The position numbers and the translations under genes were made by a program. 64,000 nt of DNA from Deltaproteobacteria bacterium (GTDB taxonomy: Bacteria; Bdellovibrionota_C; UBA2361; J135): contig JACKAH010000003.1 of assembly GCA_020635175.1 (NCBI GenBank), positions 3 to 64,002 of the forward strand, given 5' to 3'. The first letter of the stretch is position 1. Each line of letters begins with the position of its first letter. The notes under the pieces are model-generated. The model saw nothing but the letters and a program-made list of their open reading frames with translations, was not told the DNA's origin and ran no database searches. Positions 10,011 through 21,460 of this stretch are shown here, in pieces.

Positions 10011-10709
10011 CTAGTTAGAAATTGTTATATCAACTCTTCTATTTAGCTGTCTGCCTGTTTCTGTAGCATTAGAAGCTATTGGGAGCTTCGAACCTTCACT
10101 TGAAATAAAGATCTGGTCATTACTAATCCCTTTTCCTGCAAGGTAAGAGGCGACAGCTCGTGCTCTAGATTCAGCAAGGCGCTCATTGTATTTCGGACTG
10201 CCAGTATCATCGGCGTGTCCCATCACGTTTATTCTGTATGCACGTGGGCTACGTTTAATTGACTCGGCAATTGTTTCTAAGTTTGCAATTGAACCAGAAC
10301 GTAGATTTGTTTGATCAACGTCAAAAAATACTTGGTACATGCCGCCATAAACATCGGTGGCGATCGCACGATCTAAATCATGTTGAATCCTGGCAAGTCT
10401 ATGTGAGTTAGCTTCGTTTTGGATTCTCATCCGTTTGATCTCGTCTTGCTGTTGTAGGACCTTTTTTTCGATTCCGTCATACATTAAGCCAGTTGATAAT
10501 CCAGAGAGAAGCCCAACGGTAGCTCCAACAGCAGCACCTTCAGGAGAGTTGTTTACCTGGTTGCCAATAATCGCTCCAGAGGTTGCACCAAGTCCTGCTC
10601 CTAGAGTTGAGCCATAGGCGGTTTTATCAATCCCTTTGCTTGGAGAACATGCAGAGATTGTAAATGCTAATAGTATGGTTGCGAGTATTAAAGAAATTCT
10701 TTTCATCAT
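10011..10709 (-). CDS. OmpA-family lipoprotein with glycine zipper (YiaD-like)
   Basis: Lipobox ISAC after MMKRISLIL, a Gly-zipper (GAGLGATSGAIIG), and an OmpA domain (GHAD...N.RLAESRARAV...NRRV). I prefer start 10709 over 10754. Confidence 0.85.
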   Translation of the reverse strand: MMKRISLILATILLAFTISACSPSKGIDKTAYGSTLGAGLGATSGAIIGNQVNNSPEGAAVGATVGLLSGLSTGLMYDGIEKKVLQQQDEIKRMRIQNEANSHRLARIQHDLDRAIATDVYGGMYQVFFDVDQTNLRSGSIANLETIAESIKRSPRAYRINVMGHADDTGSPKYNERLAESRARAVASYLAGKGISNDQIFISSEGSKLPIASNATETGRQLNRRVDITISN

Positions 10710-10859
10710 GATTCCGTAAAAAACTATTTTTCTAATTCTAGTGGTAGCAGACAAGAATTGCTAGAGATGATTTTCTTTAGAGGTGAAGATTTACAAAAAT
10801 CAGATAGATAGACCCATCTTAGCTATCTCATACCCCTGTTATCGAAGAGGAGTAGGGAC

Positions 10860-12335
10860 TTATTTGTGGCGGTTTCTAAAGACAATCAGCAAAGATATCA
10901 AAGATAAAGCCCACCAGAGGTTATCACCAATGTATTTGGTATAGATTGATAATTCTTTGGCTAAAGGAACAGAGGCTTCTATTGTGCCATGCGTCCAAAC
11001 CGGAATCATGTCAGAGGTTTCTCCTGTAGGCAGTACAACTGCTGTCAATCCAGTATTGGTCGCTCTTAATAGAGTGCGTCGATTCTCGATAGCACGCATT
11101 GACGCAAGTAGGTGATGTTGAAATGGAGCGGTTGATTTTCCAAACCAAGCATCGTTTGTTACATTGACTAGTAGGTCTGCACCATTTTTTGTTGCCTTGC
11201 GAGCGATCGTATTTAAGATGTCCTCGTAACAGTTTAGTGGCGTAACTGTGTAAGGCTCATTCTTAGAATCCATGAAACTATAGTAAGAGAGCTCAGTTCC
11301 GGGAGAGATCTCTCCAGCCATATGAGCCGCATCCAGTAACCAAGGAAAAGTTTTAGAAAAGGGGATATACTCCCCAAAAGGCATCAAGATTCTTTTGTGA
11401 TCTGGTTTTGAGATAGCCCCATTCTTATCAATAGCTAGTACGCTGTTGTATATGTCTTTGTTCTCATAGGTTAGCGAGCCAATCAGCCAGTTAGTATTTA
11501 GGGCTAGATTTTTAAGCCAAGGATGATTTTGTGTTGAGGATAGTTTTTCACTGACTGGTCTAACTAGAACAGTCTCTGGCCAGATAACAAGTCTATCGGA
11601 GTTAAAAAAACGCTCACTTAACTTTAAGTAAAGTTCGAAGTTTTTATATTGCAAGCTGCTCTGATGCTTTGCCTCAATCGGAATGTTACCCTGTACTAGT
11701 GCGATTTCGACATTACGAGAGGGTGTGTTTTTTATAGTCTCGATACGGTTAACGCCATAAATTAGGGAGGCGACAAGGCCCAGCACCGGTGCAAGCTGGG
11801 TTAACCTAAGCTTTCTAATGGAGAGGATCTCTTCAATCGCAGAAGCTACCCAAAAAATTAAAAAAGTAACAGAGATACTTCCAGCAATATCGGCAATCTG
11901 AACTATTGGTAGAAAGGCCATCTGGGTATGTGAGTACTGCCATGGAAAAATTCTCGGCACAATAAATTCAGAGACTGCAAAAGCAACTGGGGCAGTTAAG
12001 TAGAGACCCAGCTTTAATCGCCTATTTAAAAAAGCAAACAGGATAAAATGAATTGAGTTAGTTGTTACAAATAGAAGATAAATAGGTATTGCAATCCAAA
12101 GAGGGAAATTCCCAAAGTCTGAAATCGTAGAGACTAGCCAATTAAATACAATTCCAACTTTTACAAGTCCGCATAGATAAGCGACACGCATTGAGTTTTC
12201 AGACAGTCGCATCGCCCTTAGTAATGCCATAGCTGAAAACCAGCCCAACAGTACGGCAGTCCAGGTGCCAGGCTGTAAGAATGCTAGTGCTAGCGAAAGT
12301 CCTGCCAGAAAGCTTAAACTGTAGGCTTGTTTCAT
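10860..12335 (-). CDS. lnt: Apolipoprotein N-acyltransferase
   Basis: Motifs VQGNI, IWPET, KRILMPFGEYIPF, NCYED, NVTNDAWFG and RATNTG; TM-rich N-terminus. Confidence 0.92.
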   Translation of the reverse strand: MKQAYSLSFLAGLSLALAFLQPGTWTAVLLGWFSAMALLRAMRLSENSMRVAYLCGLVKVGIVFNWLVSTISDFGNFPLWIAIPIYLLFVTTNSIHFILFAFLNRRLKLGLYLTAPVAFAVSEFIVPRIFPWQYSHTQMAFLPIVQIADIAGSISVTFLIFWVASAIEEILSIRKLRLTQLAPVLGLVASLIYGVNRIETIKNTPSRNVEIALVQGNIPIEAKHQSSLQYKNFELYLKLSERFFNSDRLVIWPETVLVRPVSEKLSSTQNHPWLKNLALNTNWLIGSLTYENKDIYNSVLAIDKNGAISKPDHKRILMPFGEYIPFSKTFPWLLDAAHMAGEISPGTELSYYSFMDSKNEPYTVTPLNCYEDILNTIARKATKNGADLLVNVTNDAWFGKSTAPFQHHLLASMRAIENRRTLLRATNTGLTAVVLPTGETSDMIPVWTHGTIEASVPLAKELSIYTKYIGDNLWWALSLISLLIVFRNRHK

Positions 12336-12344
12336 TCAGGTATC

Positions 12345-13631
<1,287 letters not shown>

Positions 13632-13704
13632 TTAATAGTCTCTAGACGCATGAATATTAATATTGTGCTGGAGTTAATGTCAAAGACGCTATATTCTACC
13701 AGTA

Positions 13705-13995
13705 ATGAAAGGAGTTTTACCATTCGCACTTATACTTACAGCTCTAATTCTAACAATCTTCTCCATTGTTAGAGATGGAGGATATGATCAATTACAAACA
13801 TTGAAAGCTAACCATTTGCGCCAGCAAGCTAAAAATCAAGAAAAGCAAGATTACGTTAACTCCCTCCGAAGAGATATCTATGAGCTTAAGTATGATCAAC
13901 GCGCATTAGAAAAGAAGGCTAGAGAAGACGTTGGTATGGCTAGACCTAATGAGCAGGTCTATTTCTTTGATGGAGAAGATGATGGCCTTCGATAA
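13705..13995 (+). CDS. ftsB: Septum formation initiator (FtsB/DivIC family)
   Basis: N-terminal TM helix, coiled coil and LEKKAREDVGM.RPNE motif; next to eno. Confidence 0.8.
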   Translation: MKGVLPFALILTALILTIFSIVRDGGYDQLQTLKANHLRQQAKNQEKQDYVNSLRRDIYELKYDQRALEKKAREDVGMARPNEQVYFFDGEDDGLR

Positions 13996-14347
13996 TACGG
14001 CAAAAAAAAGATATAGAGAGCCAATTGCTAAACCTAAATTAAGGATTGCTTCGCCTAAGACTATCGACTCAGTATTAGATTCTGCCTTAGGGCGTTATGG
14101 CATAAAAGAGGATTTAGCTCGCTACAAGTTTGTTTTGAAATGGAAAGAGATCGTTGGCGACAGCATAGCACGATTCTCAAAACCTGAATGTATAAGACAG
14201 GGCACCCTTGTTGTGAAGGTTAAAGATTCTGCCTGGGCTCAGGAGTTGGCGTTTCAAAAGGGGATAATCATACAGCGCCTGAATAAACACCTAGATGAAA
14301 ATTTAATTGACGATGTATTTTTTGAAGTCGGTGAAGTAGAATCCTAA
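13982..14347 (+). CDS. dciA: DUF721/DciA-family protein
   Basis: W.EIVG..IA..S.P......L.V.V.DSAWAQEL motif. ATG 13982 follows GGAG. Confidence 0.75.
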   Translation: MAFDNTAKKRYREPIAKPKLRIASPKTIDSVLDSALGRYGIKEDLARYKFVLKWKEIVGDSIARFSKPECIRQGTLVVKVKDSAWAQELAFQKGIIIQRLNKHLDENLIDDVFFEVGEVES

Positions 14348-14384
14348 TCATGAGGATGATTACTCATTTTGTTTGTTTTAATAA

Positions 14385-14780
14385 ATGGTGAATAGGATGA
14401 ATGTAAAAGACGTAATGACAGCATGTCCGCACTCAATTGGACCAACTCAGAATTTAAAAGTTGCTAAAGATATGATGTTAGAGCATGGCATCAGACACCT
14501 ACCTGTACTGTCTCATCATCGAGTTGTAGGTGTGATTAGCCATAGAGATATCTATTTTGCTACAGCTGTTGATCAGAAACCAGCTGAGCAGATTCGAATT
14601 GATACTGTTTATAACGAAGAGCCTTATACTGTTACTGAAGATACGCCTTTAGTAAGTGTAGTTGATAGGATGGCTAAAGACGGATTTGGATGTGCCGTTG
14701 TAACCGATCAGCATGGTGAGCTTACAGGAATCTTTACTACTACAGATGCTTGCAGAGTCTTAGCTGATCGGCTTAAGTAA
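14385..14780 (+). CDS. CBS-domain protein
   Basis: Two CBS repeats (VKDVMT...IRHLPV...GVIS; GCAVV...GIFT..D). Confidence 0.85.
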   Translation: MVNRMNVKDVMTACPHSIGPTQNLKVAKDMMLEHGIRHLPVLSHHRVVGVISHRDIYFATAVDQKPAEQIRIDTVYNEEPYTVTEDTPLVSVVDRMAKDGFGCAVVTDQHGELTGIFTTTDACRVLADRLK

Positions 14781-14785
14781 AATCT

Positions 14786-15208
14786 TTAGCGGCGCTTTGG
14801 AGCATTGTTGTTAGCAGCAGCTCGTCTATGCTTACGTTGTTCTGCTTTCTCCGGATGGTTTTTCTCTAACCAGGCCTGCCTCTCTTCTTCTGACATGTTT
14901 TTCCAACGCTCTGGTCGATTTCCCTGATCAGCGTTTCTCGCTTCTTCTGTCCTGTGATTTTCTATACGCTGCTTCTTGTTTCTAGCCGCTTCGATTATTT
15001 TGGCTTTGTTTTCTTCATTAGCATTCTCTACACGCTCAGCTTTGTTGCGTGCAGCTGCGATGCGGTGCTCTTTTTGCGCTTGGCTTTTTACTCTCTTTTC
15101 TTGAGTAGCCGCAGCTTTCCTACGTGCCCCGTCAGGTCTGTTCTGAGCCTGGCTATCTGCCCCTAGAAGTAAAAGTGTCGATAATGCTAAAATTGCTGGA
15201 ATTCTCAT
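14786..15208 (-). CDS. Hypothetical secreted, highly charged helical protein
   Basis: Signal peptide MRIPAILALSTLLLLGADSQA, then a K/R/E/A-rich body with W..MS.EERQ motif. Confidence 0.6.
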   Translation of the reverse strand: MRIPAILALSTLLLLGADSQAQNRPDGARRKAAATQEKRVKSQAQKEHRIAAARNKAERVENANEENKAKIIEAARNKKQRIENHRTEEARNADQGNRPERWKNMSEEERQAWLEKNHPEKAEQRKHRRAAANNNAPKRR

Positions 15209-15440
15209 TTTCCCCCTGATTGGAAATAAATTAGTTGTCTATATTTATGGCTAAGACGCTTTGAGTGCGCAATCCGTTTACCTAATTGTGTGTTTGATTG
15301 AAACCTCTATATTCTCAATAGGTTAGACTCCTGGGCGCCAGGTCAGAATAATTTGTAATTTCTTAGATTTAGGTAGCTTAGAGAATCTGTCGTAGAATAA
15401 CCTTAAGAGGTTGATTTTATTATTATGTTTTTGATCTTTT

Positions 15441-17399
15441 ATGTTTGGAATTCTAAAAGCTAAGCAGGTTAATTTAGAGGAAGATAATGATTCTACGGTC
15501 AGTCTCCAAACATTTCGCGAACCTGAAGTAAAACTAACTCTTTTCTTAATTTCTTTATTGATAACCCTGATCGCTTTTGCAGTCATTCAGGCAGCTTGGA
15601 TCTGCGATGATAGCTTTATTACCTTTCGAACTGTTAAGAATTTCCTCGCTGGAGATGGTCTTCGTTGGAACTTAGGTGAGAGGGTTCAAACTTTCACTCA
15701 TCCGCTATGGTTCTTTTTGGTCTCTGGGGTGGTGGCACTTAGCGGAGAGTTTTATTTCACTACTATTCTGCTTAGTTTAATTGTTACTTTATTAGCAGTT
15801 ACGGTTTTGTCTTTAAAGGCTAAATCTCTTTTTAAGTTTCTAGTGCCAATAGCGTTAGTGTCATCTAACGCCTTTATTGATTTTTCTACCTCTGGTCTTG
15901 AAACACCGCTTTCTTATCTGTTGCTTGCAGTGTTCTTTACAAGTTTTCTAAGCAACTCTAACTCATCTTTTTTGTTTCTTGTCGCAGCGCTTGGGGTTTT
16001 AAATAGATTAGATCATGCCCTAATTTATGCTGTTCCATTGATTTATCTTTTTATAAGAAACTTTTCCTTTAGCTACATATTAAAAGCTGCTTTTTCATTT
16101 CTACCATTGCTCGCCTGGGAAGTATTCTCTGTGTTCTACTACGGTGCTCCGTTTCCCAATACATACTACGCAAAGGTGCATACCGGTCTTTCAAAGCTTC
16201 TTTTGATTGAGCAGGGGGTTAGTTATTTTTTTGATTCCTTACTGAATGATCCTCTGACCTTGGTTCTGATAGTAGCTGCAGTCTTTAGCTCCTATGCAGT
16301 AGGAGATAGAAGAGCTCGGATGGCAGCGCTTGGCGTTTGTTTGTACCTCGCATACATCCTCTCAGTCGGTGGAGATTTTATGTCAGGCAGATTTCTGGCC
16401 GTTCCATTTTTTACTGCAGTTGCAATACTAAGTTCTTACGACCTTAGATTACAGTATCGACATGCATTTGTAATAGGGATCTCTATTCTGGCAATACCGT
16501 TTATAGGCGAGCGCCTTCATCCAATTTTAAATCATATGGTTAATGACCAAAAAGTGATCTCCCTAAGTGGAATTGCAAACGAACGCCAGTTTTATTTTAA
16601 ACTCTACGGATTAGTTAATCATACTAAAGCGAGGCATGTTCCACCCACTGAGTGGTTAAGCCTAGCTGATGATAAAGCTGAAAAGGGTGTGCACATTGAT
16701 ACCTCTGTAGGAGTCTCTGGTTTTGGAGCAAGTAAAAAGACCCACGTTCTTGATACCCTTGCGTTAACAGATCCTCTCTTGGCACGCCTGCCTACTATTT
16801 ACTCAACTAGTTGGAGGCCAGGACATTATTTAAGGAAGATACCAAGTGGCTACCTTGAAAGCTTGCAAAACGACAGTAATCAGATAACCAATCCAGACCT
16901 GGCTCAGTACTATGGATATATAAGGATTTTAACCCGTAGTCCTATCTTTTCCTCTACAAGGCTAGCTGTGATAGCTCTAATGAATACAGGAAAATATGAC
17001 TACCTTTTAGAAAATTACATTCACAAAGCAAGTAAAGTTGTACCTCTTAGGGTTCTAGAGAAGCCGGTTCAAGAAGCTAGCGCCTGGGATCTGGATTCTG
17101 AGCAATTAAAAGATGACGAAGGTATCGCCATAGATTTAAGTGGCGTTCAACACCACACTAAGTTTGAGATAGGCGTTGATCACAACGATGCATATAGAAT
17201 CTCTTATTGGAAAGGTTCGGAGTTGGTTGATAGCAACCTCTCAACACCACTAAGGCGTGTCTTAAGCGGAATTGAAAGAAGGGAAGTGAAAGTTCCTACA
17301 AAAGCTATTGAGGAAGGATATGATTTTATCCACATACATTCTGCTAGTGGAGATCCGTTAGCAAGTGTGCAGGCGCTAAACTTTCTCAAAGAAGATTAG
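15441..17399 (+). CDS. AftB-like GT-C membrane glycosyltransferase with C-terminal discoidin-like module
   Basis: Motifs DDSFITFR..N...G.GLRWN.GERVQ.FT.PLW, SGLETPL, PFPNTYYAK, GGDFM.GRF and RPGH; many TM helices. Confidence 0.7.
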   Translation: MFGILKAKQVNLEEDNDSTVSLQTFREPEVKLTLFLISLLITLIAFAVIQAAWICDDSFITFRTVKNFLAGDGLRWNLGERVQTFTHPLWFFLVSGVVALSGEFYFTTILLSLIVTLLAVTVLSLKAKSLFKFLVPIALVSSNAFIDFSTSGLETPLSYLLLAVFFTSFLSNSNSSFLFLVAALGVLNRLDHALIYAVPLIYLFIRNFSFSYILKAAFSFLPLLAWEVFSVFYYGAPFPNTYYAKVHTGLSKLLLIEQGVSYFFDSLLNDPLTLVLIVAAVFSSYAVGDRRARMAALGVCLYLAYILSVGGDFMSGRFLAVPFFTAVAILSSYDLRLQYRHAFVIGISILAIPFIGERLHPILNHMVNDQKVISLSGIANERQFYFKLYGLVNHTKARHVPPTEWLSLADDKAEKGVHIDTSVGVSGFGASKKTHVLDTLALTDPLLARLPTIYSTSWRPGHYLRKIPSGYLESLQNDSNQITNPDLAQYYGYIRILTRSPIFSSTRLAVIALMNTGKYDYLLENYIHKASKVVPLRVLEKPVQEASAWDLDSEQLKDDEGIAIDLSGVQHHTKFEIGVDHNDAYRISYWKGSELVDSNLSTPLRRVLSGIERREVKVPTKAIEEGYDFIHIHSASGDPLASVQALNFLKED

Positions 17400-17921
17400 C
17401 AGGGTATTTCCATACTTTCTTTCTGAGCTGGCTTTGAAGTGCGTTAGTTTTAGCTCTTCGTATTCTTTTGGGTCTATCTGCACAATGATTTTTCCCCCAG
17501 CTTTTACTAAGCTTGGTCTCTCTGCAATCGAACGCATCGCCTCTTCCCAAAGGCCTTTGTACTGTGGCGGTGCTACATATATCAGATCGTAGTTTTCTTC
17601 TGTTCTTTTAAGAAACTTAAATGCGTCTTGATGATGGACGCTAGCTTTAGCAGTTAGGTTCGTGGCTTCTAAGTTTTTGTTTATTACTTCAATCGCTTTT
17701 TTCTCAAGGTCTAAGAACGTACAATGTGCGGCTCCTTGGCTAAGAGCTTCGATCCCTACGGATCCACTGCCGGCAAAGAGGTCTAAGATTTTGATCCCCT
17801 CAATCTCAGGGCGAAGGATATCAAAAAGGGAGGTGCGGACTCTATCAAGTATAGGGCGTGTTGTATCGCCAGGAACTGATAAAAGTTTTTTGCCTTTCGC
17901 GCTGCCTGCCACTATTCGCAT
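17376..17921 (-). CDS. rsmD: 16S rRNA (guanine966-N2)-methyltransferase
   Basis: Motifs MRIVAGSAKG, TRP..DRVR, LDLFAGSGSVGIEALSQGA and RKYG; the usual DPPY appears as APPQY. Confidence 0.9.
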   Translation of the reverse strand: MRIVAGSAKGKKLLSVPGDTTRPILDRVRTSLFDILRPEIEGIKILDLFAGSGSVGIEALSQGAAHCTFLDLEKKAIEVINKNLEATNLTAKASVHHQDAFKFLKRTEENYDLIYVAPPQYKGLWEEAMRSIAERPSLVKAGGKIIVQIDPKEYEELKLTHFKASSERKYGNTLLIFFEKV

Positions 17922-18016
17922 GTTGCACCAGATCTGTGTTGTTTAGGGATAAAAACATGCCTAGCCATCTGCATCAATGGATTTACAAGTTTACGGCTGA
18001 GCATTATCTAATGATT

Positions 18017-19366
18017 CTAGTATAGGGAGCGGTTTACGTCCCAGTTCTCTAGATATTCTCTTACAAAAGCTAAATACGAGCCACCCAATGCTCCATCAAC
18101 GACACGGTGGTCATATGACAGTGTTAGGTAAACCATCTCTCGTATTGCAATTGCATCGTTGATAACAAGAGGACGTTTCTTAATAGCACCAAGGCTTAGA
18201 ATCGCAAGTTGTGGTTGGTTAATGATTGGGTATCCAATCATAGTTCCAAACACTCCAGGGTTAGTTACTGTAAAAGTACCGCCAGCGACATCATCTGGAA
18301 GTAGTTTTTTGCTACGAGCTCTTTCAGCAAGATCGTTTAACTGACGAGCAATCCCTACAATGTTAAGCTCTTCTGCTCTTTTAATAACTGGGACGATTAG
18401 CCCCTTAGTTCCAAGAGCAACAGCACACCCAAGATTAACATGCTTCTTAAGAATTACTGTATTTCCATTAACAGATGCGTTGATCTCAGGAAATTCAACC
18501 AGTCCTTTAACAGCAGCTTCCAAAAAGAAAGGGGTAAAGCTAAGTTTAAAACCTTCCTTCTCAACGAACTCTGACTGGTGAGCTTTTCTCCACTTAGAAA
18601 TATTAGTTACATCTACTTCCTGTACAGAATAGACGTGTGGGCTTGTATGCTTAGACATCACCATGTGGTTTGCAATGGCCTGTCTCATGTTGTCCATTGG
18701 AACAATTTTTGTACCTTCAGGTGTCCAACCAGTTCCTGCTGGTAGCTCTGTTCTCGCTTTCTGAGGAGCAGAAACAGCTGGAGGTTGTGAAGCAACTTGA
18801 GTTGGCTGTGGAGCTGGCGCATGTGTTGCTGCAGGAGCTCCTCCTCTGGTTGCTATGTAAGCGTTAAAGTCATCTTTGGTAACTCTACCACCGGCTCCAG
18901 TCCCTGGAATATTGTCTAACTCTGCCATTGAGATGCCATGTTTGCTTGCAAGGCTTTTAACAAGTGGCGAGTAAAATTTTCCAGACGTTGATACTTCAGC
19001 TGGGTGTCCAACATGTCCGTTACTTGCTGGTTGTGGTGCCGCATGTGTTACAGGTTGTGGAGTTGGCTCTGGCTCTGGTTCAGCAGCTGGTGTTGGTTGT
19101 GGTGTCGCAGCGACTGCGCCAGCTGATGCTTCCGTATCAATAGTTGCGATCTTTTGTTTAACAGGAACAACATCTCCTTCGTTAAAGAGCACTTCAGAAA
19201 GTACGCCTGCCGCAGGTGAAGGGATCTCTGAGTCTACTTTGTCAGTAGAGATCTCTAAGATCATTTCATCTTTAGAAACTTTTTCGCCAGGCTGCTTGAG
19301 CCACTTTAGGATAGTAGCCTCTGCGATTGATTCTCCCATCTGAGGCATAACCATATCTACTTTCAT
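18017..19366 (-). CDS. Dihydrolipoamide acyltransferase E2 (2-oxoacid dehydrogenase)
   Basis: Lipoyl domain ISTDKVDSE, E3-binding GTG.GGRVTKDD, and catalytic DHRVVDG. Confidence 0.93.
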   Translation of the reverse strand: MKVDMVMPQMGESIAEATILKWLKQPGEKVSKDEMILEISTDKVDSEIPSPAAGVLSEVLFNEGDVVPVKQKIATIDTEASAGAVAATPQPTPAAEPEPEPTPQPVTHAAPQPASNGHVGHPAEVSTSGKFYSPLVKSLASKHGISMAELDNIPGTGAGGRVTKDDFNAYIATRGGAPAATHAPAPQPTQVASQPPAVSAPQKARTELPAGTGWTPEGTKIVPMDNMRQAIANHMVMSKHTSPHVYSVQEVDVTNISKWRKAHQSEFVEKEGFKLSFTPFFLEAAVKGLVEFPEINASVNGNTVILKKHVNLGCAVALGTKGLIVPVIKRAEELNIVGIARQLNDLAERARSKKLLPDDVAGGTFTVTNPGVFGTMIGYPIINQPQLAILSLGAIKKRPLVINDAIAIREMVYLTLSYDHRVVDGALGGSYLAFVREYLENWDVNRSLY

Positions 19367-19411
19367 CTATATCTCCTGTAGAATTTACGGCACTAAGTTA
19401 TCATTAAAGCG

Positions 19412-21460
19412 TTAAAACGCAATAAGATCTCTGAGGGCATTTAGGACATCTTCGTTTTGAGGAAGTATTACCTTCTCTAAAATTGGCGAATGTGGCACAG
19501 CTGCAACATTTTTCATTCCTACACGTTTAATAGGAGCGTCAAGCTGTTGAAAACATTGATCGCTTATCTGAGCAGCTATCTCTGCTCCAAATCCACCGAA
19601 TAAAACATCTTCATGCGCAATCAAAACTCTATTTGTCTTGTTAACACTTTCAAAGATGGTTTCTGTATCAAGTGGTGAGATAGTTCTGATATCAACCACC
19701 TCGACAGAGACACCCTCTGCAGCCATAGCTTCAGCAGCGAGTAGACTCTTTTGAACTAATGCACCCCAGGTGACAATAGTTGCGTCTGTTCCTTCTCTAA
19801 CAATTTTTGCTTTTCCAATTGGAGTTAGGTAATCGCTATCTCCCTCTGGGCCTTTAGCGTAGACCTGACGATAGAGTCCTTTATGTTCGAGGAACAGTAC
19901 AGGATCATTTGCTCTAATCGCAGACTTTAAGAGTCCTTTGGCGTCAGTTGCGTTTGATGGATAAAGTACAATTAGGCCAGGGAAGTGCGCAAATGTGGCC
20001 TCAATATTTTGTGAGTGATAACAGGCACCATGAATATATCCACCCACAGGAACCCTAATAACTGCTGGACAGGTCCAATCTCCAGCTGAACGGTAGTTCA
20101 TCATCGCAAGTTCGTTTCTGATCTGCATCATGGCAGTCCAGATATAGTCGCCAAACTGGATTTCGGAGACAGCTTTTAATCCTCTAGTGGCAAGTCCAAT
20201 TGAGACACCTGCAATCGAACTTTCAGCTAATGGTGCATTAAAGCAGCGTTTGTCGCCAAACTTTTTAGTTAGGTCAGTCGTGACAGTAAACACACCACCT
20301 TTTCCATGAGCTACATCTTGTCCAAATATAAACATATCTGGATTTCTTTCCATCTCCTCATGCAGGGCGTGGTTAAGCGCATCTACGATAAAGATATCTT
20401 CAGCTTGCGGAGTCTCTGGTTCAGGAACGTAACTTGGATATTCCTCTTTGAGAGTAAATTCAGTTGGGTTAGATGGATCTGGATCTGGTTGAGCTTCTGC
20501 CCACTCAGCATCCTCATCAATTTGAGACTTAATCTCTGCTTCAAGCTCGTCTAACTTCTTAGCAGTTGCAACCTTACTTCTAACTAAGTACCGCTTGAAG
20601 GCTGGCAATGGATCTCTTTTTTGCTCATTAGCAATGTCTTCTTCAGTTCTGTATTTTTTATGGTTATCAGAAATTGAGTGACTCTGAAGCCGTGGTACGT
20701 GTGCTTCAATTACTGTTGGGCCATCTCCCTTGATTGCGCGCTTGTATGCTTCTTCAAGCACGTCATAACAATCTAGGAAGTCAGTTCCGTCAATTGAATA
20801 GCGCATTAAGTTTTCGTATCCAGCACTAATATCGAAAACGTCTCCAGCATGTTGTTCGCTGACTGGAACTGAAATTGCGTAGCCATTGTTTTGTACTAAA
20901 ATAATAACTGGAAGCTTTTCTCTCGATGCCCAGTTAAGTGCTTCGTGAAAGTCTCCCTGCGCAGCAGTTCCTTCGCCTAGTGAAACGTAAACTACCTCTT
21001 TTAACTTTTTGAGTTTTGCGCCCATTGCACAACCAACAGCTTGTAATAATTGTGTGCCAGTAGGGGAGCTTTGGCTAACAACTCTTAGATCTTTATGACC
21101 ATAGTGCATCGGCATTTGTCTACCGTGAGAACTTGGGTCTCCCTCCTTGTTCATCGCGTTCATAAGGAGTTCTTTTGCTGTAGTTCCAAGACCGACCATT
21201 AATGCCATGTCGCGGTAGTAAGGGTAGAACCAGTCTTTTGCAGGTTTAAAGACTTGTGATGCTGCAATTTGAACAGCTTCGTGTCCTGCACAACCTATTT
21301 GGAAGTGGCACTTATTCTGTTTATAAAGGGTGATTGTTTTCTCATCTATCAGACGAGCGCTTAACATGTCTGTGTAAGCTTTTAAGAGACTTTTCTTTGA
21401 GATTTTCGCTTGCTGTTTCTTTTTATCTACAACTTTTAGCTGAGTAACCTTCTTCGTCAT
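19412..21460 (-). CDS. Fused E1 alpha/beta 2-oxoacid (probably branched-chain) dehydrogenase
   Basis: 682 aa with GHEA, PYYRD, GEG...GDFHEALN...NN, SHS.SD and a beta part (GQDV, PLAESSI, EIQFGDY, GACYHSQ). Confidence 0.9.
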   Translation of the reverse strand: MTKKVTQLKVVDKKKQQAKISKKSLLKAYTDMLSARLIDEKTITLYKQNKCHFQIGCAGHEAVQIAASQVFKPAKDWFYPYYRDMALMVGLGTTAKELLMNAMNKEGDPSSHGRQMPMHYGHKDLRVVSQSSPTGTQLLQAVGCAMGAKLKKLKEVVYVSLGEGTAAQGDFHEALNWASREKLPVIILVQNNGYAISVPVSEQHAGDVFDISAGYENLMRYSIDGTDFLDCYDVLEEAYKRAIKGDGPTVIEAHVPRLQSHSISDNHKKYRTEEDIANEQKRDPLPAFKRYLVRSKVATAKKLDELEAEIKSQIDEDAEWAEAQPDPDPSNPTEFTLKEEYPSYVPEPETPQAEDIFIVDALNHALHEEMERNPDMFIFGQDVAHGKGGVFTVTTDLTKKFGDKRCFNAPLAESSIAGVSIGLATRGLKAVSEIQFGDYIWTAMMQIRNELAMMNYRSAGDWTCPAVIRVPVGGYIHGACYHSQNIEATFAHFPGLIVLYPSNATDAKGLLKSAIRANDPVLFLEHKGLYRQVYAKGPEGDSDYLTPIGKAKIVREGTDATIVTWGALVQKSLLAAEAMAAEGVSVEVVDIRTISPLDTETIFESVNKTNRVLIAHEDVLFGGFGAEIAAQISDQCFQQLDAPIKRVGMKNVAAVPHSPILEKVILPQNEDVLNALRDLIAF

